DNA of 64,000 bases from the human T2T-CHM13v2.0 reference genome, Homo sapiens (GCF_009914755.1 NC_060942.1), one strand, 5' to 3'; counted from the stretch's first letter, positions 1 to 13,789 are shown. Made by a program: numbers and translations. The notes: a model not told the origin generated them from the letters alone.

Positions 1-19
1 AACAAAACAGACAGACAGA

Positions 20-330
20 GTGAGGTGGATAATGACTGGGGGAAGGGTTACTAGTTTATAGAGAGTAGTTGGTAGGATAAGGTGGTGTGTACATCAAAAT
101 CTAAGGGAAGTGGGCCTCGTTTAAGGGTTTTAGCCTTTCTTCCTAAGAGCAAGTGCTAAGTCATTGAAGGATTTTAAGTGTTGAGGTGACATTATCAGAA
201 TACCATCTGACTGGATCATTCAGGCTATAGGATACAAAAGAGACTAAGAAAGAGTAGAAACAGGAAACCATTGAGGGTATTACTGCAGTTTTCTAGAGGG
301 AGATGTGGTGGCTCAGACCACATAGGATAC
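20..330 (-). mobile_element. L2 LINE fragment (old)
   Basis: Resembles antisense L2 3' region (agtcattgaaggattttaag...gacattatcaga...gatcattcaggct). Boundaries approximate. Confidence 0.55.
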
Positions 331-2680
331 GTGGCTCAGTGTGAATGGATTTCATCACTGAAACTGGTTCTTATTTCCATGTGGTTCTAAGTGCCATTTT
401 TGAAAAAAATTCTGAACTAGGAGTAATGAGGAATGATTGCAAGTCTTTGTCTGTTTGACCTCAAGCCACTTTTCTGCTTTATGCCTTCTCTATGAAAGTA
501 GGTAGTGGTTCCAGGTTTTTCTACTTCTTAAGGCTTTTGAAAAAACAGATATGTAGGAAAGACTTGAAATATGTAAAACTGCTACATCATATAAGGAGTG
601 GGCAGTTGGTATTCTATAATAGGTAGGATGAACACTACTAATCCTGTTTACCAGGCTAGAGAACATGGAGCTCTTTATTCTTCTAAATTTCTAGAGCAAA
701 CACAAGGACAATACGAAGGAACCCACAATTCAAATTATTTATTTTTCACTTTAGATAGTATGTGAATGTGATTTAATATTAATTGACATATTGATTGAAC
801 TCAACTGACAAAAAGTCTATATTTTAACAATATCTAAACCATGGCCTATTACCAAATGCTAAGTTTAGGTACAGAACTAAGTGTCCAGATCCATTCCCAG
901 GTCTCAGGTTCTGAATCTCTTCATAACCCCTCCAAGAGCTCCCTTTTGAACTCTCAGAGAAGCTTCACTGATGGAAAGGGGAGAAAAGTGAATCTCCAGG
1001 CTCCTTCCAATTTGCAATCCCAGTACCTTCCTTTGCATAACCCATAGTTTGGAACATCTCCCTATGCTCAGTCAAGAAAGAAAAAAAGTCTTATGTCTTA
1101 TGTACATGTACAGTGGGTAAAAACCACGTATGTACTGTTGGTAAAAGCACACAGCTCCAGGTGAAGAAACAACCAATGGAATCCTCGTATGCAAATCATA
1201 TGGATGCATTTGAATAAAATTGAACCATTATCTTAGGAACCTCTAGTTTCCAAGTTGATATGAAACATATATAATCCTTGTCTGTACCATATTATTTTGC
1301 TTCTAACAGGAGTTATACCATCCATGTGTTTATTTCCATGACGCTTAAAAACGATAAGCCAAAACAGTTCATTTTTCTTTGTTTTGTCCATAGGTGTTCT
1401 TCCAATTACCTCTGCCCATTTATTAAAATATACATTTTGGACATGTTGGTTTATTCACTTTGTGGTGAGGTTATATTCTGTGGATATCTGACCTTTGTTA
1501 ATCATTGTGTGGCCAAATGAAATCAAACACATGCATTGAAGCGGTGAATAAGTCGTGGGGTTAGCGAGTTTGATGGAATCACAACCAGCAATTTAAAAAT
1601 GTGACTGAATTTTTCCCACAATTAAAATCTTTCATTATGCTACTTCAAAGCTAATTTCTTTCTTGTTTTTTTTTTCTGAATAGTTGCTTCCATTAATCTC
1701 ACTCTAGGTAATGATGGTAATGATACAATTATATGTAATCATTGCCTGAATTCAATATGCAACACATCAGTCCCTTTGTGTGGTGATTGTACACTCTCTG
1801 CAGTCCTGGGATTTGGAAAGTTTCCATCATGTTATGCCAAGATCAGATTCAAAAGTCTCTGACATTTTGCATAACATCAGTCAGTCGTGTGTTCCAACTG
1901 TCCCTTTTAGTGATTGGGCAAACTCATCCATCTGACTGCTGCTGGTGGAAGCTAGGGATGAAGGCATGAAGCAAGATAAGCTGGACTGGCCTTTTACATA
2001 GTTTCCAAAACACTTAAAATATTCAGAAAAAAAATTAGGAGCAAGAATTTGTAAAGGATCTTCAAGTGTACAGGTGGCTAATCTGCTTAAACTACTAATG
2101 ACACAAATCATAGTCTAAGTGAACTTATGTTTTTATGCAAAGTTAATATTTATTTTAAAAGTTTAAATCTGTTTTTCTAATATTTATAGCTAATCTTACC
2201 AGTGGTTATCATTCAGGATGAATCTGTTTCTCAAAATCCTGATAGGTAGATGTGTGCTTCCAATTCCTATTTTTTTTACCACTATGCAGATGCAATTTTG
2301 ATTCTTATGTTCCAAAGACAGATTTTGTTCCACACACTTACTTATTCAAATTAGTTCAATTAAGGAATAATATTGTCTGTATGTTCCAACACAATAGAAT
2401 TGAACATGTTCATGTCTTCTAAGAATTAAATAATAAACTATGCAGGTAGCATTAAGATAGTAGCTTATCTTATGCTTAAATTTTTTTCTTTGCCTTTCCC
2501 ATTTTGTTTCCTTCTTAGAATACATTGGAGGGCTTTCTTGGTCTCTGGTAAATATTTACAATTCATAATTTTACTCTGGCCTGTTAATTTGATTTATTGA
2601 TCATTTCTCTTTAAAGGACAATGTCAACACAAGAGTGAGGCATGGGTTGCAGTGGGTGGAATGACAGTCATATTGAGCCC

Positions 2681-2931
2681 TGCTATGTTTTGGATATGGT
2701 TTGTCCCCATCAAAACTCATGTTGAAATTTTGATTCCCAGTTATGACAATGTTGGAAGGTGGGGCCTAGTGGGAGGTGTTTGGGGGTGGTACCTCATGGA
2801 ATGAGTAATGCCCTCTCTCAGGAGTGAGTAACTTCTCGTTGTGGCAGGAATGGATGAGGTCCTGAGACAGCAGGTTGTTAAAAAGAGTCTGACTTTGTCA
2901 GTTTCTCTCTCTTGCTTCCTCTCTGGCCATG
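2681..2931 (+). mobile_element. MaLR LTR, MST family (MSTB-like), 5' part
   Basis: Starts tgctatgttttggatatggtttgtcccc...ctcatgttgaaat...ggtggggcctagtgggaggtgtttgg, typical of an MST LTR start. Truncated at its 3' end. Confidence 0.8.
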
Positions 2932-3229
2932 GGAAATAGCATAATAGTGTTTGTTTTCTCCACTCTCCCATCTCCCTCTCTTCCTTTCTCTGTTGTCCAC
3001 TTCTTAAATATATACTGTTCAAGTACTATTATATTTTCAAATCACGATCTGATAAGGTGGAAGGGATTCAAGGTAAATTAGAAAAGCTCCCTGTATTCAC
3101 ATTCACAGAGCCCCTTCTACTCCTGGGAAGAGATAAGATATGCACTTGGTCACTACTAAAAAGTAGAAAGCACTGTATTATATTAGAAAGATTCTTATAT
3201 GGGAGTAAACAAAATCCAAGCCTTCTCCT

Positions 3230-4490
3230 CAAGGGCTAACTGGATGTTCCTGTATCAACATCAATATTGAAGACAATTCTGCTTCAATGTAAAGGGGTAC
3301 AGGACAGTCTACTGTGACCTACACTCAGAGGGTCTTTGATGTCCACACTGTCAATGTTATACAACCGAGCTATTCCTCAAATCTTAGGAATTCTACTTCT
3401 GAGGCTTCCTCTGGCACTCTCTTTCACTTCCTTCAGAATATGATGGCAGTGCATGCTGATCTCCTCATTTCCATCCTTCTTGATGGTCAGGGCACACTTA
3501 ACACTTACTCCTGTTAGGTTATTCAGCCAACTGGCCACATATCATTGTGGCTACACGTAATAGGGCATTTTCACATAGCTCACCAGAATCCCTTTTAGGC
3601 CAGCCTACCTCTGTTCCAACAGAACTCTACATGACTGGCTAAGCCCTTATAGCATATCAAGTCTGAGCTTCGAAAGGATTTTCCTAGTTTGGGGGCACTG
3701 CTCAATTTCCCTTTGTTTACCAAAGAAACACAACAGTATCTGGCAGTATTTGATTAGTCCACCTGTGGTTTTTGGAATTGAGGTAATGTTACCCCTACTT
3801 TGTCAGCCCACACTTCCCAAAACAGTGTCCAAAACCCAGAAACACCAAATTAAGATCCCATTACCATCCATAAGATTCAGAACCCCATTAGATCCACAAA
3901 TTATTATGGACAATTTCTATTTCTTGTGAACTGTGCAAAAGTTTCTTGAGGAGCACAAATCAATTGAGCATGATCCATGAGCTCCTTTGCATATCACCCT
4001 AAGAATGCCATGAGCTTACATGGGGTGGATTTAAGAGGGTTGGAGATAAATCAACTAGTATCCAGGGCTGAGGTCTTAACAGGAATCCTCCTCACTGAGA
4101 GCTTGCCTTGATCATATTTCTGCCAATCCCTCAGTCCTTCTCTACAATTTCCCCTTGACAGCATGAAAACATGGGCTGATCTGTGTAATCTGACTTGATG
4201 TCATTCTTGTCACACCCAGAACACAGATCATCTTTCCCCACTCCCATATTCTTCCAGGATCCTTTTCCATGGTAGTTCTACTCCTTAGGTTGATCATCAT
4301 CTTCTTTCACTCTTCCCAACTACAGAGTGTAATTAATCTAGCCACTTACTGGGACCCACATCTCCTGACCCTCCCCCATAACCTTTACTCTTTAAATGAA
4401 TATACTGCTCAAACCTATTCCAAAAATTGAGTGTAGCAAAGACTTCAATTTAGTCTGATTTGCCCAAACAATATGGATACATCTTGAATC
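3230..4490 (-). mobile_element. Decayed Gypsy-type LTR retrotransposon internal region (gag-protease relic; MamGyp/MamGypsy2-like)
   Basis: Manual minus-strand translation gives, in gag-to-pro order: FWNRFEQY (4425-4402), WEE*KKMMI (4318-4292), degenerate zinc knuckle LICYKGLASHVEFCW (3660-3616), protease-like VDTGTS (3259-3242). Many stops and frameshifts. Confidence 0.5.
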
Positions 4491-4546
4491 ACTCTTTTGG
4501 AACATTAGCTAAATATTTTTTAAAGGCTAGGCTAGTCGTTAGCTAA

Positions 4547-4836
<290 letters not shown>

Positions 4837-5529
4837 TAGCTAACTATTTTTAAAGTGTGTAGATACTTTTGCAAATAAATGTAGTTAACGTATATACATA
4901 CAATTTAAAAATGTATACTCAGACTATTTCTCAATATTGTGGGCTGTTAGCAAGCAGAATTTTTTTAAAAAGCAAGTTTTAAAACTCAAAGCCAAATATT
5001 GTTACTAAAATGTTTCATGGGAATTGGCAGTGGTACCTAGAGTTTTAATGCCTTTACAAACCAAGAGTGTATAGGTATTGTGGATGGAACATGTGACTGT
5101 TCAAGGGAAACCTGACAAACCATACTAACAATGGATTATTGCACTCAAAGAAAGATGGGAAACAAAAGAATCCAGAGAACAGTGCTTTTGTTTTCACGAC
5201 CCTTCAGTTGTCTTTGACTGTTCTTTCTTTTGGCTTTTCTGCTTTGTAAGAGTCTTTGATTCAAGGCTGTTTCATGATCCACTGAACTATAAGGAAACCA
5301 TGGGTCTAAATTGCCCACTATTTCCTTTAGTGCACTGTTAGATGTAGTCAGTCCTGGGAACTTGTTTAATAAAGGAGTTTTGAAAATGTTCAGGGATCTT
5401 CTTTTTTTTTTTTTGGTATATTGTATAATTAACAATGACTTTTGCCTTGAGGTCAACATACTTCCAATTTTTCCTAAATAAATATTTACTGAAAAGTGTA
5501 GATGTGCTGTAGGCACAGCTAGTGTGAAC

Positions 5530-5710
5530 TCAGCTCTGAGCTAAATGACTTAGGCACATCATTGTAATTTTCCCAGTAACTCTGAAAAGCCAATAGCAAT
5601 ATTTTAATTTTATAGACAAGAATATGGAAGCTTGGAGTGATTGCAGTTTGTCATATGTTTATGTTAGAATTTGACTTACCCAGGTATGTGTGACTCTAAA
5701 TCCAAATTAT
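5530..5710 (-). mobile_element. MIR SINE fragment
   Basis: Antisense MIR core-like sequence (attttatagacaagaatatggaagcttggag...tgtgactctaaatcc). Confidence 0.5.
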
Positions 5711-5760
5711 TTTTAAGACCTTAGGCTCTTTCAGGTCTTTTATCTAAAAATGCTACAAAA

Positions 5761-6076
5761 AGAAGGAAATGGGGAGATGTAGATAAAGATTTAAAGTAGC
5801 AGATATGTAGGATAAGCAAGTCTAGGCATCTGATGCACAACATGAGGACTATAGGTAATAACAGTGCCCTATATATGAGATTAATGCTAAATGAGTAGGT
5901 TTTAGCTGCCCTTGTCACTAAAATAAACAAAAAAAGGGTAACTGTATGAAATGATGGAGATCTTCATTTGCTTCACTATAGTAATATTTTTACTATTTTT
6001 ATGTATTTTATACCATCACATGTTATACCTTAAGTATATACAATTAAAAGTTATTTAAAATATAAAAATAAAACAT
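5761..6076 (+). mobile_element. L1MB-type 3' end (L1MB1/2-like)
   Basis: gtagcagatatgtaggataagcaagtctagg...aacatgaggactatag, ending in an A-rich tail. Possible degraded TSD aaaatgctacaaa / agaatgctgcaaa. Confidence 0.8.
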
Positions 6077-6399
6077 AAAGAATGCTGCAAATAACAGTAG
6101 CTCTTTTTTGTAGTTATAAAAAGATATGGATATTTAACATTCCCATTGCTAAGCTTCCACACTAAGCAACAGTAACTTATTAATATTACCCAGTAAATCC
6201 TAAGTACAGAAAAGATTAAGGCATTGTGCATTTATTTTTATTAAAATAATTTATGTAAGTTTTAATTCAAATTAGGCTCAGCTTTAGGCACCTAGAATAT
6301 TAATTCAGAAAGTAGCCTTATTAGATTAGCTTCAAATGCACAGAATTTTGGTCAAGGACATTGAAGTAAACATTTTATCTTTATTAGCCATCAATTGGC

Positions 6400-6885
6400 A
6401 AGCATTTATTGAGTACCTTCTAAGCACTGGGGAGGAGCTTGGACCTGAAAGAAATTTCCATCTGTTGGAGCCATATGACTAAATCACACGAAACAACTTG
6501 AGAAAGAAGCAAGAAAGTTCATAATTAAGTGCTAATTTGCTGTAGAAATTCAGGGAAGCAGTAGGTTATTGAAAGCATCAGGATTCAAGAAAAATGTCAT
6601 GGAAGACATTTCATTTTAGGTAGCCTTCAAAAGATATGGGGCAGCTTTGGGTAATTGGAGAAGCATGAAAAATTCATAAGAAATAATGAGTAGAAAGACT
6701 TGTGTTGGGAAGTAATGAATGAGGTTGGATAAATTGACGCATCAGGTTCCAGAGAATACTTATAATAAGTTGTCTGTTTTCCTGCATAGACTGTCAGCTG
6801 AGTAAGGCTAGGGACCCTATGCTTCTTCCTCATCTGTGTCTTCAAGCGCAGTGCCTAGCATGGTATAGGAGCTTAATAAATACAG
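6400..6885. mobile_element. L2 fragments (antisense 3' end at about 6400; sense tail at about 6770-6885)
   Basis: aagcatttattgagtacc...agcactggg, and gtgcctagcatggtataggagcttaataaata. Confidence 0.5.
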
Positions 6886-7304
6886 GGTAGCTCCTCAGTA
6901 TATAAAGGCAGATGAATCTGGATTTGATGTAGTAGGAAATAGAAAATGCAAATTAGAAAATATAGAAATAAATAGCTATCTGATTTCAGTGAGCATAGTT
7001 GTTAATATTACTGGTCTCATGTTGCTGAAAAGACTCTTAATTTGGGGTAAAATTTCCTTCAATCACTTATGTATGCATAATAATGGAGGTGAGGAGATAA
7101 TGGGCCATGATTGGATAGTAGAAAAGTTACTTTCTCTTAGCTGCAGACTCACATAAATGCTAGTGATTTGTTTGCATTTGCACTCCTGAGCACACTTCAA
7201 CAGAAGTGAAGTCGAATCTATTTTGACTAGAAGAAGAACAAAAGCCCTGAGTGGAAAGTGTATTAAAGATAAATGAGACATATTCATTCAGTCAGTCAGC
7301 TGAA

Positions 7305-7475
7305 GTTGAGAAGAAGATCCACAAGCTCAGTCAAGCCTTCAAATGACTGTAGCCCAGACCGACAGCTTGACAGCAGCCTCAGGAGAGACCATGAGGGAGA
7401 AGTACTGGGCTAAGCTGTATTTAGATCCCTGGCCTTCATAGACTGTGAGCTAACACACGTTTGCCGCTTTAAGTC
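7305..7475 (+). mobile_element. MaLR LTR fragment, MLT1E/F-like 3' half
   Basis: agccttcaaatgactgtagcccagaccgacagcttgacagcagcctcaggagagacc...gactgtgag...gctttaagtca. Confidence 0.7.
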
Positions 7476-7479
7476 ATTC

Positions 7480-7700
7480 AACACATCTGACTGGAAGGCA
7501 CTGAGTGCTCAACACTGTGGGGATATAGAGAAAAGCCTTGGCTTCTGCCCTTAAGGAACTCAGCTGGGTGCAGAAAAAGACACATATGTACAAACACATA
7601 CTGTAAGAGGCAACCGGAAGAGGATTGAGGGCAGTAGAGGCTTCACAGCAGAGGTGACATTTGAGTTAGGTTTTGAAAGATGAGCATGCTTTGCACAGGT
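7480..7700 (-). mobile_element. L2 fragment
   Basis: ctgcccttaaggaactca...ggcttcacagcagaggtgacatttgagttaggttttgaaagatgag. Confidence 0.6.
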
Positions 7701-7789
7701 AAAGAGGTTTGGGTATCCTGCATTAACTGTTCTACTTTGTTGAGGATATTGACAAAATTACAGAAATGAAATAGTTGAAAAATAAGGCT

Positions 7790-7970
7790 AATAGTAATTA
7801 CAACAACAATAATAAAATACATTTACTTCATGGTTTTAACAGTATTTTCATATACATTAATTCATTTGATCCACACAAGAACCAAAGGAGATTGGCTGAG
7901 CAGTTATTGTTGTACCCATTTTGTCAGTAGGGAATCTAAGGTTCAGAGAGACCAAGTGGCGTGTCCAAAA
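7790..7970 (-). mobile_element. MIR SINE
   Basis: ttcatttgatccacacaagaacc...cccattttgtcagtagggaatctaaggttcagagag. Confidence 0.7.
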
Positions 7971-8610
7971 TAATGATTCTGCTTTATGGAAACAAATACA
8001 AAGTATAAATCAATGTATAAAATGAAATGACCTTAATAAAAACCATGCTAGAAGAGGTCAGAAGGAAGTGAAATCAATTCTGTAGAAATTTTGAATAAAA
8101 ACTGCATATGGTGTGAGTGATGCATTTGTCACAAAGGCTGGGTGTTTTGTCTCAAGGGGCTTCTCGGGTAGGTGAATTTACTGGTGTCAGAAGTCAGGTG
8201 CTCAGCTTTGTAAGCTCTCAAACCTGACTTAGTCAGCATATACGAAGGTCTGCCTCTCCAGGGAATAGTCATATTATTAATAGCAAAGTGCATAGACGGA
8301 TTTATTAATTTGCAATGAGAAATGTCACTGCCATGTACCCCAGAATATTCTGTTGGCACAGCTAGTACACTCATTCCCTGTAGGCAGATATTTGAGGGAA
8401 GCTCTATTGTAGTGAAAGAGAAAGCTGTTGTTGCCCATAGACTCATACCTGAGAGTTGGCTAGATACATTTAAGAGGTGTTTCTTGGCTTAGAGGTGGGA
8501 TGGGGAGATTCAAGCACTTTTTCCTGTGTTTAGAGATCACCCTGCAGGAACATCAGTGCCCTGGCCAAGGCTCACTTGTCCCCCAACATAAGTTTGCTTC
8601 TATGACCCTC

Positions 8611-9053
8611 TGTATTAGTTTCCTAGGGTAGCAAAATACCAAAAACTAGGTGACTTGAAACAGCAGGAATTTATTCTCTCACAGTTCTGGAAGGTAGAAA
8701 TTTGAGATCAAGGTGTCAGTAGGGCCACACTCCTTCTGGAGGCTTTAGAGAAGAATCCTGTTTTGTCTCCTCCAGATTCTGGTGATTTTGGCAGTCTTTG
8801 TCATTCCTTGGCTTGTAGCTACATCACTCCAATCTCTGGCTTAATCTCAGGGGGGCTTCTTCCCTCTGTGTGTATCCTCTCTTCTTTCAAGGACACCAGT
8901 CATTGGGTTCAGTGCCCACTGTAATCCAGGATGACCTAATTTTAACTTAATTACATTTGCAAAGACTCTGTCTCCAAATAAGTTTATATTCACAGGTACT
9001 GAAGATTAGAATGTAGAAACACCATTGTACGGGGCACAGTTTAACTCACCACA
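8611..9053 (-). mobile_element. MaLR solo LTR, MLT1C-like
   Basis: tgtattagtttcctaggg...atttattctctcacagttctgga...ccttggcttgtagctacatcactccaatctctg...aca; TG...CA termini. Confidence 0.9.
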
Positions 9054-9711
9054 TGCTTTCTTCCCATGCTTCCATTATTGATCAACCTCACTCCCACCCT
9101 ATCCTGGGTAGACCCATTCTGCACTCAAATGTTAATTTGACCTGAAAACCTCTTTGCTTATAACTGACCTGGCTTTTTATATCAATGACTTCAGGGAAAA
9201 AGAGAGTAACAGAAGTTAGAACAGTATTCCCCTAAATAACTTGGTTTTTATTTATTTTTGTTTCCAAATGCCAAATCTTTCCTCTATTTCTAAACCTACA
9301 GATGGAAAATCTCTGCAATCACTACTCTATTAAGAATCCACTGTTAGTGATGTGAGCTTGTGGGGATTGATAATAGTTTGAGAAGCAACCTCAGGGTTGG
9401 GAGGAGGGAAACTTAGGAGGTGGGCTTTGGCCCTCCCTCAACCCACCCAAACTAAAAACAGTAATGATATTCTTTGACAGGGTAATGCTGTTTTATTTTT
9501 CAATCTTCTGTCAAATGGAAACAAAAGGATCTTTGCCAAGTATTTTACTTTTTATGTACAATACAAATTGCTACAAATCAAACTTTAAGGGAAGCTTCCC
9601 AGCACTCCCTTCTCACCAGATTAGTACCTCCTAAACCTCTGCCCTATAGACATTCTGCCACCTTCTGTTGTTTAATCACTGCATTCTGAACTGATTTGTA
9701 GTCTCTCTCTG

Positions 9712-10005
9712 TATTTTATTTTATTTTATTTTGATACAGTCTCACTCTGTTGCTCAGGTTGGAGTGCAGTGATGCAGTCTCTGCTCACTGCAATCTCTGT
9801 CTCCTGGGTTCAAGTGATTCTTAGCTTCCCAAGTAGCTGGGATTACAGGTGTGCACCACCATGCCCAGTTAATTTTTTGTATTTTAGTAGAGAGAGGGTT
9901 TCACTATATTGACCACGCTGGTCTTGAACTCCTGGCCTCAAGTGATCCTCCTGCCTCGGTCTCCCAAAGAATTGGGATTAGCAGCGTGAGCCACCACACC
10001 TGGCC
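9712..10005 (-). mobile_element. Alu (AluSz/Jb-like)
   Basis: (TTTTA)n tail followed by a full antisense dimer ending cacctggcc. Confidence 0.95.
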
Positions 10006-10349
10006 AGCTTCTCTTTTAGAGGCTGTTTTTATTTACAACATTTCTAAATTCATGGTGGGAGGGTACCTATAGTTATACCATTTATTAAAGTGAGAAAATA
10101 TTCATGTGAGGAAATCAGATATTACCAAGTATAAAACAATACAATTATAAAAAATGAGAGGCAAGACATAATAAGCATGGCTGAAGAAAAAGTACAGTCA
10201 TTAGAAAGAAATGTACCCTTTAAGAACAGTCCTCTGATATAGAAGCCAGGAGAGTTTGCCACTCCTATAGGCTGTGACCTTGTTCACGTGACTTTCCCTC
10301 TCTCCTCAACCTGCTTTTCTCTAAAAGGAGGTATTGATAAGTTAATGGC

Positions 10350-11705
10350 TGGTGTGTGGGGAGTCAGATTTCTTAACGTTAGGGAAGTTACAGATAACTA
10401 CAAGGCAAATCAAAAGAACCCTGGGGTATTGGATTTGAGTCAGAGACATTAGTGTGAGCTTTTGATCAGTTTAATATATATTCAGAAATAATTGTGCATG
10501 TGTGTACACATGGGCAGTTATACATATATAGATTTGTATGTGTATATATATTTAATACATACACATTATATATTAAGTGTATATATTACAATATCTAAAT
10601 ATTATATGCTATATAAATATAAAAATATAGGTAGAATATATAACTATATATTGTATATAAATATATATCATATATAATATATATTTTATATAATATTTAC
10701 ATATAAAATATATGGGATATATATCTTTATATCTATGTGTCTGTATATATAATATAATATAATATAACATAATACAATACAATATAACATATATCCCAGC
10801 TTTTCCATTGAGAGAGACTAGAAGCAGTGATGTTCCAGTAGCAACAAGTATATCCAATGCCTCAATTTTGGTTTTTAAATACCATTCTCTAGTAAAAGGG
10901 ATATTGGCTCCTTGGAGAAATAACTGACTCTAAAACTGGGTTAGAGAAAGTATGAGATGAGCCAAGAGCATCCTGTAGTCCCAGAGAGCCAGGGACTGCT
11001 CAAAACAAAAAAATGCCAAAGGTACCCTGGAGACAATATGAAAGAGCTCCCAATTGTCAGAGCTGAAACAAATCTGAGCAACAAAATAGGATGGGATTGG
11101 ATTACAATTCACAATATAAAATAAATATACATGAGTACGTGCTGATATAAACAATTGAATAAATGAACAAATGGGGAAGAAGTCATAAATCTTTCTTATA
11201 GATATATTCCAAATAATATAAGTGTGGGCAGGACTTAGTGACTCATATGCAAACAATAGAGCATGGAAAGGGGATAAAACAGTAACAGAACACCCCAGAA
11301 GCCACTGGCTTGATCAGTGATCAAGGTTAACATCACTAGTAACAAGTCATGTTAATAGCATGTCCCCCAGTATGATATGATGAGGAGAACACTTCACTTC
11401 TATGGAGTTCTTCCCAAAAACCTGTATCTCCTGCCTGATATGAGAAAAAGGTGAACAAATCCACACTAAGGGACATTTTGCAAAACGCCTGGCCAGTACT
11501 CCCCAAACTGTCAAGGTGGTGAAAAAGCAAGACTGAGAAACCATCACAGTCCAGTGGAGACTAAAAAGATATGATGATGGGATGCAATGTGTGATTCCTG
11601 ATTAGATCCTGAGGAAACAATAGGACATTAGTGTAAAAAACTGGTGTAAAAAAATGTTGAAATCCAATAAAAATCTGAATTTCAGTTAGTAGTAAAAAAA
11701 TAATA
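10350..11705 (+). mobile_element. L1MC-type 3' UTR (L1MC3/4-like), interrupted by an AT-rich tract
   Basis: ttttggtttttaaataccattctc...gctccttggagaaataactgactcta; tcaaggttaacatcactagtaacaagtcatg; agggacattttgcaaaacgcctggccagtactcc. Confidence 0.85.
10470..10795. repeat. AT-rich (TA)n/(ATATA)n low-complexity tract
   Basis: About 320 bp of degenerate TA repeats, directly visible. Confidence 0.9.
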
Positions 11706-12449
11706 ATAAAGGAAGGTGTTGGTCCAAATGGCTCAGTCCCTTCCGGTATAGGATTCCACACTGTTCTATAACCCAGCAGGGTCTCAAAGGAAGTGTTGTA
11801 CGCAAGGACCCAGTGTTATTCTTTCTAATTTATTTTATATTTTTAAAATGCTTCTTTTTACATATACTTCTTTTTACATTCTTAAAAATATAGAGAGTTG
11901 CAGCAGGCTTTGCTGCAGATAAAGGGAACATGGACACCCTGCCACCAGTTACAGCAAGAAGAAGAGAGGGTAGAGCTGAGTAAGAGATGGGACTGGACTG
12001 TGGCTCTCAGGAGAATCACATTCTAGTCCTGCCTGCCTAATGGCATATGACCTTGGGCAAGTCACATTTCTATGCCCAAATTTATCTGTAAAGTAAAGAA
12101 TTAGGTTAGTAATTATCTAAGTTTCTAATTGTAACACTGTATAATTCTACTGGTTCTCTGTATGTACAAGTGGTAGAAGTCTTAAGAATAGAAGATACAA
12201 TTTCTAGAGCAGATAAAGGATGCTCTTTTGTACACCACAGTGACACCTTCTGGGGGAATCAAGGGTTGCCTCCCTGGGTTGGGTAGCCTGGAAAATCAGA
12301 TTTTATGTGGGAGGAAACCATTTAGACTCAATTTTGACATCAGCTGTAAAGTTGGGTAAAGCAGGTTGAAAGGAATGAATTTCGCAGGTCTCTTTTCTTG
12401 CCTCTCACTCTCTCCTGCATTATCTAGCATCATTCTGACACTGACAAAA

Positions 12450-12570
12450 ATTAACTGTGGCATCCTAAGCAACTTACTTAACCTCCATGGGCCTCAATTT
12501 CTTCAGTTATAAAATGGAGATTAAAAATAATTACTTTGTATTACTTTATGAGAATAATTGAACACATACA
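12450..12570 (+). mobile_element. MIR SINE
   Basis: ttacttaacctccatgggcctcaatttcttcagttataaaatggaga. Confidence 0.75.
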
Positions 12571-13789
12571 ATTCCAAGACTGCAATCTGTTATGTAATCC
12601 TTTATTTGAGTGTTAGGACTTTTCCAGCCTCCTGAAACTCTTCAATTATTAATGACAGTAGTCCCTTCATGTTGGATGATAGAGAGGGTTGAAGAGCAGA
12701 ATCTTGGCTGCTCATGTCTTTGAAAAACCCTGAATTGTGTCAACAGGATAGATTTACTTTTTCCTAATATGAGAACTTAAAGGAATTTTGGACATAGTTA
12801 TAGTTGTTTGCTGAACATGATTTATGTTTATGTTCATAAATCAGCAACATTCAAGTCACTGGGAGTTTTTTTCCAGCTGCCACTGGGGGTACCAAAGTGG
12901 GAGCAGGAAAACACAGTTGTGGCTATGGCTGGCATTCAATGGTAGCCCTAGTGGAAGATGGATAACTGGGGAGTATTTTGAACGTGGGTAGATTTGTGTT
13001 AAATGGATTTTCAAGAAAGGTTCTTCTCCAGCCAGGGCTTCTACCTTAGCACATGGTCTTAGTTTATTGTAAACTATATTTTCAATTATAAACTGCCCAG
13101 CCTTTCCCTCTGTACATCTGCCCTCCTTTTTGTGGCCATGAGAAAGGAGGAATCTGTTGCAAGGCACCACTGGGACCCAGGTGTCTGGCAGAACAACTGG
13201 TCCCAGGAAGGCTGTGGCTCCTTTACACATTTAAAATCTATAAGGTACTTTTAAACCCCATACTCAAAGTTTTTATTCTGAGCATTGAATGAATGTATTG
13301 TTAGCAGCTTAAAGTTAATTTTGGAAGAAAACTTCAAACAAACAAGAAATGAAAAAAGCTATTTCATAAGTGCATACACTAAAGCATATTGACACATATA
13401 ACTTAAAACAATTTTCAGAATTTAATGAATATGGTCTTTAAGATGTGAAACATCCTTAAAGTTATATACATATGTCTAATAAAGGACCAGAAAGTGGAAT
13501 CATATGTGACCTTGAAGCCTTTCTGTTCCCTGTTATCTGAACAAAGCAAGTGCCTGGAGAGTTCCTTAATAAATATGAACTTTCCCTCTTCCTTCATTTC
13601 TCCATTTCAACCAAAAACTGTGCTATCAGAGCTCAAGCTCAACAGGACATCTGGAGAAGAGTGATAGAGCCAAATGGAGTCTATGATCACCCCAAATTCT
13701 GAGAGAAAGGAGAAACAGAAAGACCGATCAGTCTTGTGCCATCTTCATAAAAAACAACTGCAGTTTTTGTGTTCTGAAGTTGTTCACAT

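Noticed and set aside
12238-12256. CTCF-like motif on the minus strand (ccagaaggtgtcactg); another partial match near 30706-30721
   Set aside because: Imperfect matches that cannot be supported without PWM scoring or ChIP data.
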